A DNA stretch of 56,812 bases, the filler included, from Catajapyx aquilonaris (taxonomy: Eukaryota): assembly GCA_000934665.2 (NCBI GenBank). It is 4 parts of 4 records of this genome, joined end to end, with 100 filler letters (N's around TTAATTAATTAA, not from the genome) between each part and the next. Parts side by side here need not be neighbours in the genome. Positions count along the whole stretch, not along the records: positions 42,715 to 56,812 come from JYFJ02007883.1; 3 more parts are not named here. One strand, given 5' to 3'. The notes beneath the pieces are model-generated. The model searched no databases, was not told the origin of the DNA, and saw nothing but the letters and a program-made list of their open reading frames with translations. Numbering within the stretch: the stretch's first letter is position 1; every line of letters begins with the position of its first letter. This document shows positions 49,001 through 56,812 of this stretch, in pieces. A program made the translations under genes and the position numbers.

Positions 49001-50586
49001 TATCACTTCCGTAGTCAATGTCCAGACATTAGAATTTTTACAAAGCTACGGCGGTCACACTAACATGTCTAACTAAGCTATAATGCAGCTTTAGCATATA
49101 GTCTCTATCCACAGCCGTATCCAAATGCCACCCACTCCGGACAACCAACCGCGATAACTTAGAGAAATATTCTCAAAAACACATTGTCATTCCATGCGTA
49201 TGATTATTTCTGTCACTGGCGTCATACAGCTGCGATGTCGCGATACATGAATTGAATTTTTAACAATAAGAGCTGAGAATTTGCTCTTCGTGCCAACCGT
49301 AAAATTTGCTGAAAATGGGACCTGCATCCCACGGCCTCATATAATTTGAGGGTGTGACGGAAATGTGACACACTGAAGTAGTGGATACAATAATATTTTA
49401 AATTAAGATCGTATGAAGTAATTAGTGTAAACCCATGTGTGGGACATAAAATCTGGGTTTCATTTGTTTAAAATTACCAGAATAATGCGTGACTAGAAAG
49501 TGATCAGATATTCGCATAAATAAAGTGGGAATCTTTCACTACCTACTTCATTGCATGATTTTGCCTTTCCTGTGAATGAATCATTGAATGAATGAACGAA
49601 CAAAATAATATTATGGTCGGGATTTTCAGGTCTAGTCTAGTTCAGCGTCTGCCAATCGTATTACTTTTCTTTGGCTCTGTACTTTCCCCAACAGATATCC
49701 CGATATTATTTGGGCAAATACCACAACGACTCTTCCTTTGGTTTGCAAGTTCGCCCATATCAATATTCTGTTTTCCCTGAAAATATGCCGCAGGAAAGAA
49801 ATGGGCGAGGCACATCGAAAGAGAAAGCCATTATCTACCACCTACCTCCTGCCACAGTCTTAAAATGCTCCACAAAAAAATAAGGAGGTCGGCAGGAATT
49901 ACTAGAGCGTTCGTTATAGTTTTTGTCTAATTTTTTGTGCTGCTCTGTCACATTATCGTGGTGCCACTGCGGTCACAATTCATACATTACATCGCCAACG
50001 ATATTGCAAGGACCCTGCAGGCATTTATTGATACATACTCTGTATTCCTGCTGTAGATTTCGCGGATCGAGTCAAACGAGTTCGTTACTACAAGGGAACT
50101 TTGATAGTTAATATTTGTTCACAGTAAATATTACAATATTACTTCTGCCCAATATTTTCCACTGGACTCTTATAAGTTATAACACAGGCTAAGAGAACGG
50201 GTGAGAATACCGCAATAAGTGAAAACAATGGTAAAATATACTGAGAATGCAAGGTACATTTTTCCCACGACTACTTTATTTGTATGCGTACTTGCATCAT
50301 TTATTGTCAAAATATGTAGCAATAACACTAGTCGGAAAAGTCCGACAAAATTAGCCGGAAATATTACAGATCTATCTGGGGCGGTCAGAACCATTAATTT
50401 TAGTTTATATGAGCCAACTCAAAGCCCAGTTCGCCAATTTACATGCAAGGAGACCTAATTGGCGAAATTAACCCATTTTAGCAACCAACTTCTCATTAAT
50501 TATGAAACAGTCAACTCACCATCAGCTGTAAGCTCGCACACCAAAAGCGCCCCCATGAGGAGTAGAAGGATCCATCTTGGGTACAT
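43069..50586 (-). CDS. Cht7: GH18 chitinase, probably group III (Cht7-like), 3'-partial
   Basis: Exons (-) 50586-50520, 48969-48762, 48672-48470, 47862-47683, 43558-43435 and 43378-43069, all GT-AG and phase-consistent. They encode a hydrophobic N-terminus (MYPRWILLLLMGALLVCELTAD), RRRLRRP, KVVCYYTNWSQYR, LCTHIIFAFGW, KVLLAIGGWSFG, the catalytic FDGLDIDWEYP, MAYDFHGKWE, KLIIGMPTYGRSF and GGFLAYYE. The gene runs off the block at 42715. GH18 is secure; the Cht7 subgroup is from recalled similarity. Confidence 0.9.
43730..43993 (-). mobile_element. tRNA-derived SINE carrying a V-SINE-like central domain, in a chitinase intron
   Basis: Minus strand: A box TGGCGGAGTGG, B box AGTTCGATCCC, then GTTCTCTCCGTGTTCGCGTGGAGTTTCTCGAGGTTCTCCCGTTTCCTCCCACAATCAAAA (V-domain-like), then a tail ending in ATT-rich repeats. 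Confidence 0.75.
44060..44620 (-). pseudogene. Possible highly decayed PIF/Harbinger DDE transposase relic
   Basis: Ordered fragments in different frames: FPNTGFVCSVVGTWVPV (like FPxxxGxIDGTHIPI), YNTRKNAY (like YxNRKxxYS) and EFPSSFEH (like PGSxHD). Weak. Confidence 0.3.
46413..46528. mobile_element. PIF/Harbinger-type MITE with TTA TSD
   Basis: TTA|GGGCCGGTTTCATCAAGCCCAGTTTTGAT...ATCAAAACCGGGCTTGGTGAAACCAGCCC|TTA. Confidence 0.75.
47968..48038 (-). tRNA. tRNA-like cloverleaf (probable tRNA pseudogene or solo SINE head) with 8-nt anticodon loop
   Basis: Minus strand reads ACCTCTG TA GTTT AGTGGCA GAAC A CATGC TTTTCTGG GCATG GAC CTGGG TTCAATT CCCAG CAGAGGT A. The acceptor stem (7/7), D stem, anticodon stem (5/5) and T stem (5/5) all pair, and A and B boxes are present. 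Confidence 0.55.
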
Positions 50587-53500
50587 GTTCTTCTGGAATT
50601 AGAAGGTTTCTTCACATTAACACATAGCATTTGGTTTTTTTCTTTCTTTCGCTCCCAGGGAACAGATAGAGGCTAGTGTGTCAAGTCCTCTCTTGAATTC
50701 AGCTTTGTACTTTGTTTTCAAACTTCCTTAATGCCACATCCTTGCATTGTTAAGTTTAGACCTTGGCAGGTAAGGTGTTGGGTGATCTTCGGAGTGGCGA
50801 CAAACAGCACTTTTCTTTTAGCGCACACCCGTCAAGCTCGTGACAGAATCTGTTGACACATGGCTAGAAACTCAAAAGCAATTGAAAATGCGGCTGAGAA
50901 TTTCTTTTCTATTGCCACTTGCCCATGACCATAAAACTGGACATATTCTAGGTCTTAATTTTTGGGATAGATTTCTCTAGATATCGTGCCGGACAATGTT
51001 TGAATAACTATGCAGATTTCACCTGGTGACCTGGTCCTCATACATATATACCGGCCGAAGCGAACATGCAAAGTGTGAGTGGTCAATCTCTTCTTCTTCC
51101 CGGAAGCGTTAATCATCAACAAAGGTCAAATCGTATGTTGGTGACCAGCAGCTGATGGGCAATATTGTTAGCAGTGGGCATGACATTTTGAAAAACGAGC
51201 CTTGGAAACAAGTTTTCCCTGCTGTTCGAAGGTGTCGGTGTTTCCCCCAAACCTTGACCCACACACAGTCATGTTAGTCTTCACCATGGTCTTCACTAAC
51301 ATAACCATACCACTAATAGCTCATCATCAGACACGACTTAGGTACCGTATACTCCTGAGCTTAACTATCGTAATGGGAATATACGGTTGTGATCCATTCA
51401 TTTTGTTTGTATCGGTCATCTTTCTCACACAAAAGCTCTTACTTCCTGCGATTCCATTGTTAAAGTATCAAGGTAAGCGCCTTGACCTTCGCCTAATAGA
51501 ATGCGAAATGGGCCAAAGCCCCTTTTCTTCTTCCTAGATTCCTCCAACACACAAAAAATAGCAGCGAAAGATAAAGAAAATGTAGGAAAAAAAATATTGA
51601 CCATTTCTGAAAACTGGTTCAGAGATGCGGAGAAAGAGAAGGCAAGGAGGCGGGAGATAGTGAACTTCACCCTTATGTGGGGCACACATCTTCCGTGACT
51701 CCTGCTTCGGCTTTTTATGACCAACCTCCAGAGGTCAATTGTTCCGGTCACGATCCTACGAGCAGTCCTACAGAAGGGCTAATTAGAATAACCAGGACAC
51801 CTGATAAGAGGCAGTTACTCGTGATTGTCATTTTTTATATAACTGACAATTTAACACTGCTTGTCATGTTGTATCATTTGATACGGATTTAACGGACCTT
51901 GTTTATGACAAAAAGTACTTATTATCAGGCGCAGTTGCTGCGTATAAGTTAAATTATGGGTTGCTATAGGAGTATAGAGGAAGTTTTTCAAAATTTGTAC
52001 TTTAGAAAAATATTTATATAATCATAGGCTTTGTTGCTGGCGTGACCTGCGCAAGGCTGGAAATGTCACGTTAATTAGGCTCGAGCTCGGATCTCTCATG
52101 TCAGATTCGATAAATATCTAGGTTGAGAGATTGTTGTCGTTTCCCTCATTACGCAAACCTGAGGTTATAACATGCCGAGAACTCCCAAGATAATTTTCGC
52201 CATACTGTGCAGTGTGCATCTGGCTTAATAAGCAGGAGTGTCGTCAGAGCAGTTTGCCTACTATTCGAAAATGTATAGGTATGAAGTGATGTTGCCTGCA
52301 GTGGCAGTAGTAAAATGTTGGATAGATGACATCTATGAGTCTTCTATTCACTATCCTAAAATTTTAATACGCAAATATACATTTTTTAAAACTTTTATAT
52401 CCCCGTATTCAGTCTTGCAGCGGAAATATTCGAGTGAATAATGTAAAGTTGTGATCCCGGACAGTCGAATGCATTTTAGCAATTCAGTGCAACAAGTAGC
52501 TACTTTCAACCTCAAAGATCGATGACTGCAAGTCATAAAAGCAATAAGAACTCACATGTGCACAAAATTGAGCAATGATAAAATTGTTTACACAGTGTAC
52601 GACAGGTTTCGGCACCTGTCTGACAAGGCACTACGCTGTTTTCTTTCTGCCGTTATTCGCCGCTTTACCCGCATCCGCAGGTGCAATAGCCTCACCCTTT
52701 AGCACACTAAAAAAATTTGGCGGCGAAAGTGTGACGGGCAGACTTTGGCTATTAAAATGTACGCAGCAGTAGGTCGTTCCTAATGGCCTGTGGCGACGAT
52801 TTATCACGGCGTTTTCAAAAGCAGTTAACGCAGTGTGGGACTAGTAAATAGTGCTTTGGGTTCTTCTGCCTCAGAACTCATTTCTTGTGGACAAATAAGA
52901 ATATACTGCTTTAATTAATGCATGCAGTAAAATATGGTTGATGCTTTTGCTATATAGGCCGTGCCACATTTTCCTCTAAGCAACTAGAAGTTTTAATCCA
53001 AAAGGATGACAAAATGCTAATATTTTTAAAACAAACGGACCTAGCTAAAAAGGCACATCTCACCCACTCCGGACACTGCGATACCTGAGAGCGACAAGAG
53101 TCGGAGTTGTATGCATTGCTTATGGTAATATACGTGGTACAGTATATCTTCTGTAAAATTCGTGGGATATAACAACTCGTTTCGCTGACCTTATATTGCA
53201 AGCTCCTTTTACAGCTTGGTTCTTCTATACGAGCAAATTGTCTACTAAAATGCAAGTCATCCGAAATATTGTAATCTTTGGCACGTTATTTCATTAATTA
53301 TTTTAGACTCACCTTATCCTACTTAGATATCTTCAGAATAACGCAACTATGGAGTGACCACAGCATGAAAAACTTTGCAATGCTTTAAGTCTTGATTGTA
53401 GTGATCCTATCATGTTGTTTTAATTTGTATCACACTCCTGAACAGAAGCTAGCAATTTGCCTTTTCTTCGTGGCATCATCATTAATTGGCATTTTATTGG

Positions 53501-56500
53501 CAATCTTCAGAATTTGACATCGTATTACTACAGTGTATTTTCTACATCCTTACAGTGAGCTTGTATTGCACTAACACTAGTAGGTCAGTGATATAAATGG
53601 ATCAAGTGAAAGTGGCCATGAAGTTCATTCACGCGGTAATACAGGGTGTACCGTAAGTAATGCGCTGACAATAGTTTGGCACGAACGGTAGTGGCAAATG
53701 GAGCAATTTTTTAGGAAAGAGAACAAGATATTGGTCATGTTGATACTAAATATGGCAGCCACTTTCTCTGGACATTCCTTTCTCTGGCGTTGCACTTACC
53801 ATTGTTGTACAGTACATTGAGAGAGTACTGAGGGGTGCCCGTACTTACAGTACCTGTATTGGTATGGTATGGTAGAGAATTTGTTACCACGCGTTATAAT
53901 AGCTGATAGGCCCTATTCAAGCTTCGGAAATGATAAGAATTTCCCACCTGGTGTGAGTATGTTCTTGGGCAATACTTAGGTCTATGAGAGGCGCGGTCGC
54001 TTGACATGCATTTTGAGTCCATTGAATTATTTTATTGTCCTATTCAATAACGCAACTTGCAAGATGCTTCAGTTATCCTGCTGTGTGTGCCGGAATGCCT
54101 TTTATTACTCTTGCTTTTATATGTTTCGAGAAAAATTCATTTTGCTAGAAAGTTAAGTGTTACAGGCAAGCAACTGGCCCCTTTTTCGTGAACTTATTCC
54201 TCAGCTTGAAACCACCAGAAACTATTTTTGGGCAGGTCTTGCACATGTGTACGAATATTAACAAACAGTCGAAACCCATTCTTGTTAAAATGGTGGTTCG
54301 TTTTGCAGGAAATAACTATCCATTAGCCTGTGAATATACCCAACATGAAGGTGTGGATTCACGCCATTCGAATGTGGTAAGAAAGCCTGATGGCCACTGT
54401 CCATGCTTCCCGCAGAACGTCTCACCTTTCATTCCAACAGGAAGAGACCCCACGCGTACAAATTACACGGGAGTGTTAAAATAGTGGATCACACGCGCAT
54501 GCTTTGTTGCGTAATGCGGAACTTGTTCCATATCAGCAACTGTTGGTTTTTGTATACACGTGAAGAGTTTAATAACCGTGATCACAGAGAGAACAGTCAG
54601 TTCCTTTCATGTAGAGCATGGGGAAAGGCCTGATGGATTCCTAATGTATAAATCGCCTTCATTTCATGTTGCTGTAATGGTAGATAAGTATCGACGTATT
54701 TACTTCCGCGACATCAGTATTTCTAGGTCTAAGCACATAAAAAATGTGTCTAAAACAAGTTGGGATTTAAACAGGTTACTAGTGAAACCTAGGTGTTATG
54801 CAATGACTATACAGTAAGCACAAAATGCGCGTAGAGAAATCTTTGGACGCACATTTTACACATCTTCGATTAGAAGGGTCCATCCGGAAGTATCGAGAAA
54901 AGAAATCCTTGTGACAAAATCATTATTAGAATCCCGGCATGAAGGACCGTAAGAAAAGAAGGACATATAGCAAGCCAGTTATAGACAAGGTTTTCAACAC
55001 AGTCAAGTGGGTTCCCGCTCCAAAGTAGAGCATTGACCAAGAGTGGCCTTACGCTCATTTCCTTTCAACCACCAGCATTCACCATTTTTAACACTGCTCT
55101 TAGACTGGGGGGGCTTTTACATAAAATCACAATTTGACCTTCACTCAATTTTTCTGGAGAAATCTAGTGATATTTCATTATTCATTACTATGTCATGCAA
55201 AGTATATTGGCTAATGCATTGCCCTATTAGGCCTACAGAGGGGAAAAATTCCTCGGATTGCTTGAAGGAAGGTCAAGAAACAATCCTAGGACCGTAAACA
55301 CTACGCCCAAAAGTAACGTCAAAAATTGTCAAGTCTGCCGCCGATATCACCAATACCGGTCTAAATTAGCTCTCAAAATACGCCAGGTCATCCCACTAAA
55401 TAAGGTGTAATTGCGAAGTTGCTTGGTGCACGTTGGACATTCTCTTATAGTTTCACTACTCGGGCGATACACTTTATTTAACTGGCGAAAAGCTGCTGTA
55501 AAGCTATATTGGCGGACTTTCCTCTCCCTTTTATGTTGTCCAAGACGTCCGTGTCAGTCCCCAGTGAAAGGGGCCGTATTATTATTAATGTATTGCAGCC
55601 ATGATGTGCAGCACTGGGACATCATTACGGAGACCCATTTCCAGATGCGAAATAATTATAATGTCGCTCACAGCGACTTCACGACTGGAAAGATGAAGGA
55701 ACTGCGTGCTAGGCATGCATAGAAGGATTGACGTAGACTCAGCAGTATCAGGGTCATTAATTATATTTACCTTACTAGCATTTCGTGCGATACTGCATGA
55801 TATCATTTCCGGAAAATTTTCATAGAAGTGAAGTAATGGAGGAGAACCGATGGTTCATACCAGCATGTCATGGCGAGCGTAAATATTTTCTGTCACTTGC
55901 TGTGTAACAATAAAACAACACGTTTGAGAGCTTTTTAAAGTAGTATAACTTATATATAATTTGCCATGGGATTTATGATCATCTACCGAAACTTTTAACT
56001 GCAGATAGTAATCGTCAGCGGTTGATAGCATGCTTACATCCTGGTGAAAGTATATTTCCACTTGATAGGATAGTCCACAAAGAGAGGGACTGAAACTGCT
56101 AACTTGTTTTTGTATACTTTGTTTCCTAATCATTTTACTCGTTGGTGGTGTCAATAGTAACGTAAAAACAGTATCATAGCAGGCCAACAGCTTAAAATCT
56201 AATTCATTCTGGTGCCAACAAACCTTACCCTTGGATTTTTATTGCCCTTCTACTTGAGAAAACCGTGTCGAGGGCTACCAAAATGTGAGGTTACATAAAA
56301 TGCCCTCAGTTATCGCGATGAGTTGTCCAGAGTGGGTGGAATTCACATTATAAGGTAGTGGACAGGATTTGTCTTTACAGAAAAACCCAACTATAATACT
56401 ATACAAGATAAATGTTAAAATGTCCAAGCAGAGATGGTCAGGTTCTCTTTGCTCCATTTTATGCTTAGCGAATAATGTTTCTCACACGTGGGAAGTCTGA

Positions 56501-56812
56501 CATTTCTTGTAGATCCGTATTCGATAATAGTCTTCACCCTATACCACATGTGTCTTCCACCGTGCCAGTATGCGCACGGAGAGTTGTGTAGATTGTCCTT
56601 GTCCCTCTGTTTTTTTAAAAACCAGATAAGGCTGGACAAAGAGGAGAAAGTGCAGGCCGCAATGAGAAAATCAGTTATGGGCCCATGGGTCCCTTGACAA
56701 TAGCTTACAGACTCTGGACAAAGGATTGAGATGGAAATAGACATCAAGTGGAGCTACTATTTACACTGTGTAATGGCTGACGATTTTCGGATACACCCTG
56801 ATATATTGCTTT

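Noticed and set aside
51501..51698. ORF with ENWFRDAEKEKARRRE as a possible exon
   Set aside because: No partner exons or recognisable domain.
54600..55810. Possible very old LINE reverse-transcriptase relic on the minus strand (VLGLFLDL, NYKRMS fragments)
   Set aside because: Fragments are too short and degenerate, with no YADD or QG motif recognisable with confidence.

Overview
Intron-rich, repeat-rich arthropod (probably hexapod) genomic DNA. The window is four blocks of about 14.1 kb (1-14131, 14232-28343, 28444-42614, 42715-56812) joined by identical 100-nt synthetic spacers (N44-TTAATTAATTAA-N44), so adjacency across spacers is not biological evidence. Block 1 holds a 5-exon PTB/PID-domain protein gene (+). 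Block 2 holds the last two coding exons of SAP30 (+) among many MITEs and SINEs. Block 3 holds a tandem cluster of three 5-exon genes (-) that the ORF track shows only as fragments. They encode small secreted odorant-binding-protein-like (PBP/GOBP fold) proteins with an atypical conserved 8-cysteine pattern. The same block has a possible totivirus-like endogenous viral fragment between two of these genes and a Pif1/Helitron helicase relic. Block 4 holds the 5' half of a GH18 chitinase (-), probably group III/Cht7, whose introns contain a V-domain SINE and a well-folded tRNA-like sequence with an 8-nt anticodon loop. Gene models were spliced by hand using GT-AG sites and phase. Family assignments are motif recognition, not database searches.
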